Counted from the stretch's first letter, positions 7,998 to 17,133 are shown. The stretch is DNA of 21,699 bases from Candidatus Thorarchaeota archaeon (GCA_029858305.1 JAOUFI010000036.1:1-21699), one strand, 5' to 3'. Made by a program: numbers and translations. Notes: generated from the sequence alone by a model not told the origin.

Positions 7998-9203
7998 CTA
8001 TTCTGCTGTAATTTCCGGAGGAGGGATTGTGGCCTCTCTGAATTTACGCTTTGATGCAAGATTGATAGTTTTGTCCATGCCTTTTTGAATGAGGTAGGAA
8101 AATAGGAATATGAATGGAACGAAAATTAGGACCAAATAGAAGTTATCTCTCGCAAATATGTTGACATCCAATACATCAGTTAAAACAAAATCAAAAATGA
8201 TAAGGAAGATTCTGTGGAATAAATATACACAGAAAGTAGAGTAAGCTATTGCTGAAATAATAGATTCAATTCTAGTTTTGGAAAATTTCAGTTCTAAAGC
8301 TCGAGAGGCGAAGTTAAAGGATGAAAGAGCAAAAATGACGAAAGATATCATGATCAGGTCAAATAGGAGAAAAACTGATGCCAACTCAATGAAGTTAGGA
8401 TTTCTTTCTAAGATGAATTCTATATGGCTTGTTCCATATCTTAAATTCAAAGTAGAATAGCAGAACTGGTTCAAGAAGCCTAGGAGAAAATAAAATAGCA
8501 CAGCCAAACATAATGGAATGGCAAGAGATGCTGCCGTTGGTATCTTTATCAGGCGCTCTTTGATATTGTTGTAATAGGGAGAGGTGAAAAATCCCGCGGC
8601 AGCTATTCCAGCGATGAACATGAAATAGTAAAAGAAGAAGCGATATTCAACGAGCCCAAAAACGCCATTAAGAAGCACAAAGAAAAAGAAAATAGCTATG
8701 GAAACCGGTATGATCCGCTTGATTGAACCTACGGTGTTAATGATGATATAAGTCAAGTAATATAGTACGATTACACCAATAAACCAGAGAGTCAGGATAG
8801 GAGCACCAAATTCCGGAGCGACAAATATTTGCAACCCAAAAATATGAGCCAATAGATAGAAAGGATTGATGCGTAGATAATCAAGAAAGAAGAGAAATAA
8901 GACCAGCGCAATCCAATATAGGGGAAATATTCTCAAGACTCTTTTCTTGAGGAATGCAAGAATCTTCTTGGTTGAGTTAATTTTTCTATTATTGGGATTC
9001 AGATATAGTCCAAACCCAGAGGCAAATACGAAGGAACCCATAGCGGTAAATATTCCCACATTATTTACAACAAACACGCCAAATCGATCCAAATCGTTGT
9101 AGAAATTATATGCGTAATTAAGAGGAACATGAATCATTATTACGACGATTAAAATCGAAACAATACGAAGCATGTCTATTTCGATTGATCTCGTGTTTAC
9201 CAT
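7998..9203 (-). CDS. Acyltransferase family 3 (OafA-like membrane O-acyltransferase)
   Basis: IDMLRIVSILIVVIMIH, FVFASGFGL, FLKKRVLRIFPLYW, LWFIGVIVLYY, YSTFCVYLFH, and multiple TM helices. ATG at 9203. Confidence 0.88.
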   Translation of the reverse strand: MVNTRSIEIDMLRIVSILIVVIMIHVPLNYAYNFYNDLDRFGVFVVNNVGIFTAMGSFVFASGFGLYLNPNNRKINSTKKILAFLKKRVLRIFPLYWIALVLFLFFLDYLRINPFYLLAHIFGLQIFVAPEFGAPILTLWFIGVIVLYYLTYIIINTVGSIKRIIPVSIAIFFFFVLLNGVFGLVEYRFFFYYFMFIAGIAAAGFFTSPYYNNIKERLIKIPTAASLAIPLCLAVLFYFLLGFLNQFCYSTLNLRYGTSHIEFILERNPNFIELASVFLLFDLIMISFVIFALSSFNFASRALELKFSKTRIESIISAIAYSTFCVYLFHRIFLIIFDFVLTDVLDVNIFARDNFYLVLIFVPFIFLFSYLIQKGMDKTINLASKRKFREATIPPPEITAE

Positions 9204-9444
9204 ATTCAATTGACCAATTAATGAATAGTATAAGGATAATGATAGACGTAACAATTATGTTATGATTCACCTGAATCGATAGATCCCTCAGAATAGAATC
9301 ATGCAATGAAAATCATTGTAAAACCTGTTAACGTAACTCTTTTCGTGACAGATCAATGCTCTCAACAAGATAGCAGAAAATGCGTCTGTCGTCTAGGAGG
9401 TCTCAGTTTCTATGACCTTTATTCCTGTTGAGCCTTTGGTAAGC

Positions 9445-9451
9445 TTTTTAA
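9445..9451 (+). promoter_or_regulatory. TATA box of the tRNA gene
   Basis: TTTTTAA ends 26 nt before the tRNA 5' end. Confidence 0.45.
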
Positions 9452-9477
9452 CGCTCTCAGATGCGTTGTGCCTAAAA

Positions 9478-9585
9478 GCGCTCGTTGTCTAGGGGCTATG
9501 ATGGATCCCTGCCATCGTGCGGGGGCTCATCCCTCGGAACCGTAGAACGGATCCGGCCCGGGTTCGAATCCCGGCGAGCGCACCA
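9478..9585 (+). tRNA. tRNA-Gly(GCC) with 33-nt intron at position 37/38 (9515-9547) and encoded CCA
   Basis: Acceptor stem GCGCTCG/CGAGCGC, A73 and CCA. Anticodon stem GATCC/GGATC with GCC at 9511-9513. T-arm CCGGG-TTCGAAT-CCCGG. Central BHB helix CTGC/GTAG with a 3' bulge AA|C. Confidence 0.95.
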
Positions 9586-9960
9586 CTTTACTATTCCAGA
9601 TCATATCCATTTCCTTCTAATCACTGCTTCATTCTCTCAACGTCATTTGGATGACTCCTCCATGATACAGCAACTGGAATTCATCAACAACCTATTGTTG
9701 TTACATGCAGTCTGATTGATAGAAGTGCGATTAGTTCAGCAATATTATCATATATGGTAGATGTTATTGAATGGCACAACGTCTCAATGTCTTGGGATGG
9801 TGTCCATGTGAAATGAACTAGGTGAGTTTGCCATTTCTGTAACATCTGATTTTCCCACAATTGATTTAACTATTCAATAGATTGAGTACGCCAAAAATCA
9901 TAAAGATTAAGTTATAGTTTGAATTATTATTGTGGTTAGTTTTGAGGGGATTTGGAATAC

Positions 9961-11361
9961 ATGCTAAATAAGAAGAATTTTCTCATTGTATCATCTGTCT
10001 TGTTTGTTCTCTTTTTTTCTCAACTGCTTGTTGCAGGATTCATAATGAATACAGAAGAAATCAAAAATGAAAATTCAACTCTAGAGCGAAACGGCGTCTA
10101 TACTCTTGCATACGAAACATCTGGAGTTGAGATAGTATTTGGAGGTGATTTTGCATATCATGAGATTTCGGCGTGGGAGAATTTCAATGATTGGTGGGAG
10201 GAGAACTATTCGATTGAAGTTCATGATCCTGGTTGGGGTTTTGTTCGAGATGTCATTGTTGAGGATATTGATGGTGATGGAGAACATGAAACAATCATCG
10301 CAAATAGTGGGAGCACAATCCATATCTTTGAACACAATGGGACTGACTTGGTTGAAGCATATAATATGACTCATCCTGCTTGGAGTAATGCTCAAGTCGT
10401 AACTCTTGCTGTGGGTGATCTTGATAATGATGAAGATTCCAACTTGGAAATTCTAGCCGGGACTTTTGACTTCAACTTTCAATCAGTTATTTTCAAAAAG
10501 GTCGGTGATTCATACCATCCAATTTTCAATATCTCTTCTTCTGATTCTAGAAATGTGGGCGGACCAGCCTGCTGTGTGGGAGATTTGGATAATAATGGTG
10601 ATCTCGAATTCATCGTCACTGAAGAGTTACCCAATGTTGATGGGGTATCTGAACTACGTCTATTCGACTGGCAGACAGACCACTGGGCTAACATTAGAAA
10701 CTACTCATTTGCTAAAGGTGCTTTTCATAATATGGTTCGACACATTCAGATTGCTGATGTGGATAATGATGGTGCTAGTGAAGTTCTCGTAGTTCATGAT
10801 CAAGAATGGGTACATATTCTAGAATATTCTGGTGGTTATTTTTCAAAATCCTGGAGTTGTCCGCTACTCACCGAAAATGTAGAAAGTGCAATAGCTGGTG
10901 ACATCACAAATGATGGATTAATTGATATCGTCATTCCAGATTCAGCAACAGATGTAGTGTATATCTATGAAACAGTCGAAGGGAGTATCATGAATACTTT
11001 CAATGTTTCTTTGGCTCATACATCAACCCGTTGGAATTGTATGGATATTGATGACTTGAATGCGGACGAACAGAATGAGTGGGTCTGTGTTTACTGGAAT
11101 GAAACCGCTTTTCCGTACATGTGGGTTTCTGTCTTCAAGAACAATACTTTGCTTCTGCAGAAATCAACTGGATTCCTAGAGGCCTCTGCTGTTGAAATTG
11201 GTAATTACGATAATGACGATGCTGGAACCATATCTACTACAACTCCAACAACTTCTAGTTCCGGTGGATTTTCAATACCAATGGAGATACTTGCGATTGT
11301 GATAATTGCACCAATTGCATTGATTCCCATTGCTATTGTTGTTAGACGCCAGCATAGGTAA
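9961..11361 (+). CDS. FG-GAP/VCBS-repeat beta-propeller surface protein with C-terminal TM anchor
   Basis: N-terminal signal, seven Ca-binding-type repeats (DIDGDG, DLDNDE, DLDNNG, DVDNDG, DITNDG, DLNADE, NYDNDD), Thr/Ser linker, TM helix and RRQHR tail. GAGGGGA lies upstream of ATG 9961. Confidence 0.85.
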   Translation: MLNKKNFLIVSSVLFVLFFSQLLVAGFIMNTEEIKNENSTLERNGVYTLAYETSGVEIVFGGDFAYHEISAWENFNDWWEENYSIEVHDPGWGFVRDVIVEDIDGDGEHETIIANSGSTIHIFEHNGTDLVEAYNMTHPAWSNAQVVTLAVGDLDNDEDSNLEILAGTFDFNFQSVIFKKVGDSYHPIFNISSSDSRNVGGPACCVGDLDNNGDLEFIVTEELPNVDGVSELRLFDWQTDHWANIRNYSFAKGAFHNMVRHIQIADVDNDGASEVLVVHDQEWVHILEYSGGYFSKSWSCPLLTENVESAIAGDITNDGLIDIVIPDSATDVVYIYETVEGSIMNTFNVSLAHTSTRWNCMDIDDLNADEQNEWVCVYWNETAFPYMWVSVFKNNTLLLQKSTGFLEASAVEIGNYDNDDAGTISTTTPTTSSSGGFSIPMEILAIVIIAPIALIPIAIVVRRQHR

Positions 11362-11476
11362 TTGAAATTCTAGGAGAACTAGTGTTAATCATATTGTAAT
11401 TAATGCAATGTCGTGTCCCAGTACATTACAATAAATGTAACAAAGTATATTCTCACTTGGTGAGAATGGATGAAGC

Positions 11477-11974
11477 ATGGGAGATGCTGGACGACCACAT
11501 AGAAGAGTGATTCTAGTTCTATTTCTTATTGTCATTCTATCTCCTACTGTCCTAGAATCAGAGACCTTCGGCGCAGGAGAACACATAGTTCTTGATGCAG
11601 TGTTTTATCAAACAAGATTCAAAGGTGTTTGCTGGGCTCTCGAATGGAATAGCTCAGGAACTCTGATTTCACACGCTGATACTTTCAAGCTATTGCTTCC
11701 ATATTTTGATCCAATAGCATTTCTAGTATTGATGATTGGATTTCTGTCACCAATTACTTCATGGTTAGTTCTAGCCAAGAGATTCAGTTTTCGTAGTGGA
11801 TTTCTCATCATAGTGCTATGCTCGATCCTTCTTGTAGTGGCACCAGGTATCAATATTCTTAGAATAGAAGAGTTTTACACCTATCAAATGCACCCACTTC
11901 TTGTTCCGCAAATTACAAGCGCGCTTGTTCTCTTTTGGTACCGAAGAAGTAGGACATACGAGTTGATGAAGTGA
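11477..11974 (+). CDS. Hypothetical membrane protein (~4 TM)
   Basis: 165-aa ORF with several hydrophobic segments, ending 11 nt before the att-like repeat. Confidence 0.7.
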   Translation: MGDAGRPHRRVILVLFLIVILSPTVLESETFGAGEHIVLDAVFYQTRFKGVCWALEWNSSGTLISHADTFKLLLPYFDPIAFLVLMIGFLSPITSWLVLAKRFSFRSGFLIIVLCSILLVVAPGINILRIEEFYTYQMHPLLVPQITSALVLFWYRRSRTYELMK

Positions 11975-11985
11975 TGTTTCCAGAA

Positions 11986-12007
11986 TCGAATCCCGGCGAG
12001 CGCACCA
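11986..12007 (+). repeat. Duplicated 3' end of tRNA-Gly (att-like direct repeat)
   Basis: Identical to 9564-9585; the identity begins inside the T-loop. Confidence 0.93.
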
Positions 12008-12083
12008 TTTTTGTCCATCCAGATGCATATCCAAGAGTGGGAAAAGAGTTATTGCTCACCTAAAGAAGTTCTATCGATTTATT

Positions 12084-13064
12084 ATGAGAATCTTCATTGT
12101 GGGAGGTACAGGGTTCCTCGGATACTACTCGACACTTGAGGCCTTGAAACGAGGTCACGAAGTGAGTTCCATTTCCATTCCTGACATAGAACTCGGCGAT
12201 TGGTTTCCGGAAACCGCGAATGTGGAATATGGGGATATCTTCGAGATGCCATTCGAAGAATTGGTGGAACTCTTCAGAGGGTATGATGGATTAGTGTATG
12301 CAGTGGGTCCAGATGACCGGGTCACACCCAAAGCGCCTGCATACAAGTTCTTTCATGACAGACTCGTTGTTGCATGCACAAAAGTAGTTGAAGCTGCGAG
12401 AGAGGCGGGGATTAGACGATGCGTTGTATTGAATTCGTACTTTGCTTACTTCAATCGAATTTGGCCAGAGAAGAAATTAGCTGAAAATCACAGCTATATC
12501 AAATGCCGAGTTGAGCAGGCAACAAGTGTGATTGAAGCTGGAGGGGAAAGAATGGCTGTCGTTGTGCTGGAACTCCCGTACATCTTTGGTGTAATGCCTG
12601 AGCGAATACCGCTTTGGAAAGACATGTTATTCGATAGAGTGCTTGGTATGAAGATAGTGTTCTTCCCAAGAGGCGGCACAAATATGATTGCAGTAGAAAA
12701 AGTTGCAGAAGCAATCATCGGGGCTCTCGAATATGGACGAGCGGGAATGAGATATCTTGTTGGGGACGTGAATATGCCATACAAGGAGATGCTCAGAATC
12801 GTTCTTGACACCTTGGGTCTGAAGAAACGGTTGATTGTCACTCTTCCGACAAGTTTGGCGACCTTCATAGGAAAATGGATGAAGAGAAAAGAGAGGAAGA
12901 TGGGACTTGAGTCAGGCCTGGATCGAGCATATGTGTTTAGTGACATCCTATCGCAGAAACTCTACTTTGATCCTACACCATCTGTAGAGGAGCTGAGATA
13001 CGGGCAAGGAGGAGTCAGAGAAGCAATTGAAACCACAGTGAGAACTCTTTATCCAAAAGCCTAG
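12084..13064 (+). CDS. NAD-dependent epimerase/dehydratase (extended SDR)
   Basis: MRIFIVGGTGFLG Rossmann motif, LPYIFG and GGTNMIAVEKVAEAI. The catalytic YxxxK position reads YIKCR. Confidence 0.88.
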   Translation: MRIFIVGGTGFLGYYSTLEALKRGHEVSSISIPDIELGDWFPETANVEYGDIFEMPFEELVELFRGYDGLVYAVGPDDRVTPKAPAYKFFHDRLVVACTKVVEAAREAGIRRCVVLNSYFAYFNRIWPEKKLAENHSYIKCRVEQATSVIEAGGERMAVVVLELPYIFGVMPERIPLWKDMLFDRVLGMKIVFFPRGGTNMIAVEKVAEAIIGALEYGRAGMRYLVGDVNMPYKEMLRIVLDTLGLKKRLIVTLPTSLATFIGKWMKRKERKMGLESGLDRAYVFSDILSQKLYFDPTPSVEELRYGQGGVREAIETTVRTLYPKA

Positions 13065-13181
13065 TGGTCAGTTCAGAGACTTTGGGGCATCAATTGCTTA
13101 CTATTTGCTTAGCTTTTCCAGTCGGATTCGGCAGTAATCAAAACGGTTGACCAGAGCAGCTCATAACTCCAAATCAACGAT

Positions 13182-13214
13182 AAGTCTCAGGTTCGATTCC
13201 TGAAGAGCGGACTA
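13182..13214 (+). pseudogene. tRNA-like 3' half (remnant, possibly tRNA-Tyr-derived)
   Basis: AAGTC, then a perfect T-arm TCAGG-TTCGATT-CCTGA, then 7-nt AGAGCGG, A and CTA. No intact 5' acceptor strand or anticodon arm found. Confidence 0.45.
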
Positions 13215-13230
13215 TTACTTTTCATACTAT

Positions 13231-15534
13231 TCAAGGGCTACTGACCCAAATAGGACCAATGTACGATGTCCTTCCATTCGCACCAACAATTCGAATTGCA
13301 TAGTAGTCCATTCCACCGGTGCTCAATAGAGATGGATTAATGGGATTCTCGCTGCGTTCATTTATGTAGTAGTTACTATCCGCTCCCTCAACACACTCAT
13401 CATATTGTGTCCCTATAATTGCATCAGTATCTGTGATTGTGATAATTCCAAATGGTGCAGACAGTTGAATTGATTGCCAAATCACACCATTCTTGATTAT
13501 CTCAATAGTCGCACCCCAGTTAGGAGCCCAGCCTATACCTGCTGTTGCCGCATGATTGAAACCTGCTGCAGGCGAACCATCTTGAGCAACGAATATTGTC
13601 AAGTTGCGCGAGGTTGTGGGCGTTGCAACAAATACAGTAGAATTGTATCCTACTGGTACGTCATTAATTGAGAAGTCAAGGATGGGCCGTCCATAGTCCG
13701 AGTTTGCATACACCTGTCCACTATCCAAGCCGCTGAAGATGCCATCCCTTGTCAGACTTGTTGCATACACTGCAGTGATACCACTAGGATAGGGATGTCC
13801 ATTCCTGGCATTGTAGAGGGTGTAGGGATATTGATGCCCAACGCGAGCTCTTGTGTGGCTGATGCTATGGCCAGGATGCCCATCATGATTGTCACCATTT
13901 GCTATGAATGTCATTCTGTAACCCATACTCAAGGCGTCAATGACAGATGAACCTGGTATTGGTGTTGCGGGAAGGTCAACCGACCCCCTATAGTTCAATT
14001 CGTTATCGTAGAGGCATTCTCCATGTACAGATGTGACTTCCACTAATTTGACATATTTTGGATTCATCAGAGTCCAGTCCTGTATGAACATACTTCGAAT
14101 AGTATGATGAGGAATAGCTAAAGCGTGGTTTCCAGTGGATGCCGTAAAGTCATCAAGTAATGACCAGAGCTCACTAGCCGTGTTCTCAGTAATAGCTGAG
14201 ATTATGGGCATGGTTTCTCCGCTGAAGATACACGTGTAGTGTCCGCCTATTGCTATGGGCACAGGAATGAACGGAAAGGTTTGATCAACGTAGTTCGTGG
14301 TCCATTCAATACCATATAACGTGACGAACTCATTGGGAGCATAAGCATCGGCTGTTGATGCAATGTAGTCCCAATATTCAGCAGTACCCGTCTTCAATCG
14401 ATCAAACATGGTAAAATCAAGACCATGGTCAGTGAGGGACATAAAATCCAGACGAGAAACATATCGACCGTAATAGTATGATTCTGTAGGTGCACCGGAC
14501 CCATCAGAAATTGCTGAATGGCTGTGAAGATCGCCCCAGTAGATTCTTGGAGAATCAACAGCAAAGTCATCAACGATTATAGGGTTGCTCCAGTAGGTAT
14601 TCTGTGTGAGTGAGTCCTCGACAAGTAAATAGTGAATTCCAACGGTATTAATTCGAGTTGTGAACGAATGAAGTCCGAAGTCCTGAGAGCCAAGCATCAC
14701 ATACGCTGGGACAACTCCTGCGCTATAGAAGGCACCAGTGAACGTGTACTCCCCAGGTAGAGTTGCATCAACGCCTGATAATGGCAAGCCGGTTGTCAAA
14801 TTATAAGAAACAATAGAGAAATTAACAGTCCCTTGATAGCTACTACTTAGACGCTCAAAGGAATCCCATACTTCAACTGTAACTACAAAATCATCATCAA
14901 GATTTACTGTGGAGGGGGCTTGAATCCAGAGCAAAGTGGGACTATTATCGAACAGCACACCAAGGTCAATATTTATGCTGGACCACATGAGAAGTGGGGC
15001 TACGAAGATAACGATAGTAGCCAATGTCTTGAGTCTGAGGGAGAGCTTGGGTCTGCTCGTTAATGCGTCAATTTTTATTCGATTCGCAAAGATTCTTTGT
15101 ACCAGCGACTTTTTTACTAAGTTGGATGAAGTCTTTTGTTTCTTGAGTAACCTGTGAATTAGAGTTCTGATAGACCGTGCTCCAAAGATGATCAATGAGC
15201 CAAGTAGATATGATATCAGGACAAGAAAGATGAGAAGAATCCACAGCCATGCATATACTGCCATGGCGCCTGTTAGTAGGCCTGAAGAATATGCCAAGAC
15301 ATAACCGTGTCTTCGCCACGCGCCTTCTTTTGAAAATGCAGCAAGACTGATTCCAATTAGAATTCCAAGAATACTCCAATAATAGAGTAGGATAGTCCAC
15401 ACTCCAAATGTGTAGAGCGCTATACGACCAATTCGTAATGTAATTCGAAATACTGGAGATTGCTTGATGTGTTGTAATCTCAAAGTAAGGGAATCTGTGT
15501 CACTAGAAGGGATTGTGTTTTCTGCAGCATCCAT
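13231..15534 (-). CDS. Membrane-anchored PHP-fold metallohydrolase (DUF3604-like)
   Basis: YWGDLHSHSAISDG, SLTDH, GIEWT, GGHY, IPHH, EVTSVHG and GDNHDGHPG metal motifs, preceded by several N-terminal TM helices. Confidence 0.8.
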   Translation of the reverse strand: MDAAENTIPSSDTDSLTLRLQHIKQSPVFRITLRIGRIALYTFGVWTILLYYWSILGILIGISLAAFSKEGAWRRHGYVLAYSSGLLTGAMAVYAWLWILLIFLVLISYLLGSLIIFGARSIRTLIHRLLKKQKTSSNLVKKSLVQRIFANRIKIDALTSRPKLSLRLKTLATIVIFVAPLLMWSSINIDLGVLFDNSPTLLWIQAPSTVNLDDDFVVTVEVWDSFERLSSSYQGTVNFSIVSYNLTTGLPLSGVDATLPGEYTFTGAFYSAGVVPAYVMLGSQDFGLHSFTTRINTVGIHYLLVEDSLTQNTYWSNPIIVDDFAVDSPRIYWGDLHSHSAISDGSGAPTESYYYGRYVSRLDFMSLTDHGLDFTMFDRLKTGTAEYWDYIASTADAYAPNEFVTLYGIEWTTNYVDQTFPFIPVPIAIGGHYTCIFSGETMPIISAITENTASELWSLLDDFTASTGNHALAIPHHTIRSMFIQDWTLMNPKYVKLVEVTSVHGECLYDNELNYRGSVDLPATPIPGSSVIDALSMGYRMTFIANGDNHDGHPGHSISHTRARVGHQYPYTLYNARNGHPYPSGITAVYATSLTRDGIFSGLDSGQVYANSDYGRPILDFSINDVPVGYNSTVFVATPTTSRNLTIFVAQDGSPAAGFNHAATAGIGWAPNWGATIEIIKNGVIWQSIQLSAPFGIITITDTDAIIGTQYDECVEGADSNYYINERSENPINPSLLSTGGMDYYAIRIVGANGRTSYIGPIWVSSP

Positions 15535-15662
15535 TCAGAGAACCCAGAAAGGCACGTACAATCCCCCATAAAAAGAAGCACTATTTTTCCAAGAATTTCT
15601 TACTAATTTAAAAGACCCTTGTGCATTACATTTTGCTCCATCTTCAATCTTGGTGTTCAAAG

Positions 15663-17084
15663 ATGACAGCAGTGTATTCTGAGAAACTAAGTCGTCGGAA
15701 TCTATGGGGATGGGCTCTCGGTGCAATCCCTACGGGATTATTGGCATTTGTCTTTAGTCTTAAGTATGTAGAATTCTTCTTTGACGATCTAGGTCTACTT
15801 CCATCCTTCTTCATCGCTGGACAAGTAGTCTATATGATAATTAACGCAGTGAACGATCCGCTGTTAGGGCAGTTATCGGATCAGACAAATAGGGAGAAGT
15901 GGGGTAGTAGACGCCTGGTATACATAAGGTATGGAGGCCCCATTTGGGCACTGACTTTCATTCTTGTATGGTTTCCATGGAGCTTGACAAACCAGATCAT
16001 TATCTTCATTCATTATGTAATCACGATCTGTTTGTTTGATACACTGCTTACAATGGTGCTTCTTGTCTGGTTGGCAGTACTTCCAGAGATGACAACAGAT
16101 ATCGATGAACGGAACAAGGCTCAGTTTTACGCTGGTGTCTTGGGAACAATCGTTGTTTTACCAATATTCATCATGATTGCTACAATGGAACCCAACTCAG
16201 ACGGGTTCCGTTATCTCATGCTACTGTTTGCTCTAATTTCAACTGTATTTCTGTGGCTCACAGCACGATATTGCGAAGAACGCCCAGAGTTCCAAGATGA
16301 CAAAACCTACACACTTGTTGAATCAATTAAAGCCACTTTCAAATCACGCACATTTCTCGTGTATGTCGGTTTCTACTTTAGTCAGAATTTCCTTAGTAGC
16401 TTAGGCCTGAGCTACTTCTTTGTGTATCTTCTGTTACTCGAGAGTGTCACACCAGGATTGAATACTCTGCTTCTCTTCTTTGCAATCTATTTCATTGTAG
16501 GTTATGCGGGAAACATTGTGTGTCTGAGATTGCAGCCAAAATGGGGAATGAGGAAGATAATCTTGCGATTCGGAGTATTGAGAACTATCAGCTCAATCGC
16601 TCTTTTCCTGATTATTCTTGTTCCTGTATTTGAACCATTGATTTGGTATGGGCTTGTTCTAACAACTTTTGTTAGTGGATATGGTATTTTCCAAATTCCA
16701 ATGCAATATCTTGCAATTGATGAGGATGAGGTTTTAAATGGCTCTAGAAGAGAAGGGATGTTCATCGGAGTGATGGCACTCCTAACAAAACCCGCTACAA
16801 GCCTTGGTCCAATCATCGCTACGGCAATTCTAGTTGCATTTGGATATGTTCAAGGTGGAGCACTTGCAGTTCAACCAGCTTCAGCATTTCTTGGAATCAA
16901 GATAATGTGGTTGCTACTCCCAGCAATAGTCGCGGGATTGAGTCTCATCTTCATCTACTATTACCCACTCTATGATCAGAAACTCGTTGATATGAAGGAG
17001 AAACTGGAGAAGCTACATCAAGAGAAGAGAGCTCGACTTAAGAGTGTAGAATCTGAGTCTGCCGAGTCTGAAATGAAGATGTGA
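15663..17084 (+). CDS. MFS transporter, glycoside-pentoside-hexuronide (GPH/MelB-like) family
   Basis: NAVNDPLLGQLSD, WGSRR, LPEMTTDIDER, IDEDEVLNGSRREGMFIG, YYYPL, and about 12 TM helices. ATG at 15663. Confidence 0.9.
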   Translation: MTAVYSEKLSRRNLWGWALGAIPTGLLAFVFSLKYVEFFFDDLGLLPSFFIAGQVVYMIINAVNDPLLGQLSDQTNREKWGSRRLVYIRYGGPIWALTFILVWFPWSLTNQIIIFIHYVITICLFDTLLTMVLLVWLAVLPEMTTDIDERNKAQFYAGVLGTIVVLPIFIMIATMEPNSDGFRYLMLLFALISTVFLWLTARYCEERPEFQDDKTYTLVESIKATFKSRTFLVYVGFYFSQNFLSSLGLSYFFVYLLLLESVTPGLNTLLLFFAIYFIVGYAGNIVCLRLQPKWGMRKIILRFGVLRTISSIALFLIILVPVFEPLIWYGLVLTTFVSGYGIFQIPMQYLAIDEDEVLNGSRREGMFIGVMALLTKPATSLGPIIATAILVAFGYVQGGALAVQPASAFLGIKIMWLLLPAIVAGLSLIFIYYYPLYDQKLVDMKEKLEKLHQEKRARLKSVESESAESEMKM

Positions 17085-17093
17085 GGACAAGAG

Positions 17094-17125
17094 TATTTGG
17101 GGAGATTGGGATGGCTCCCCAAATA
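17094..17125. terminator. Hairpin between convergent genes, probable bidirectional terminator
   Basis: Perfect 11-bp inverted repeat TATTTGGGGAG / CTCCCCAAATA with a 10-nt loop. Confidence 0.6.
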
Positions 17126-17133
17126 ATAATCAA

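Larger units (their letters stand above)
9564..12007. mobile_element. Small tRNA-integrated genomic island without integrase
   Basis: Bounded by an exact 22-bp direct repeat TCGAATCCCGGCGAGCGCACCA (9564-9585 and 11986-12007). Interior is visibly AT-richer and carries two CDSs. Confidence 0.75.

Noticed and set aside
9485-9715. 76-aa ORF in the track
   Set aside because: It overlaps the tRNA-Gly gene and has no protein-like features.
9586-9950. Possible integrase remnant inside the island
   Set aside because: No sizeable ORF or tyrosine-recombinase motif was found by eye. A translated search would be needed to exclude a decayed fragment.
13059-13068. GCCTAGTGGT resembling a tRNA D-arm
   Set aside because: It overlaps the SDR stop codon and has no matching acceptor strand or D-stem partner.
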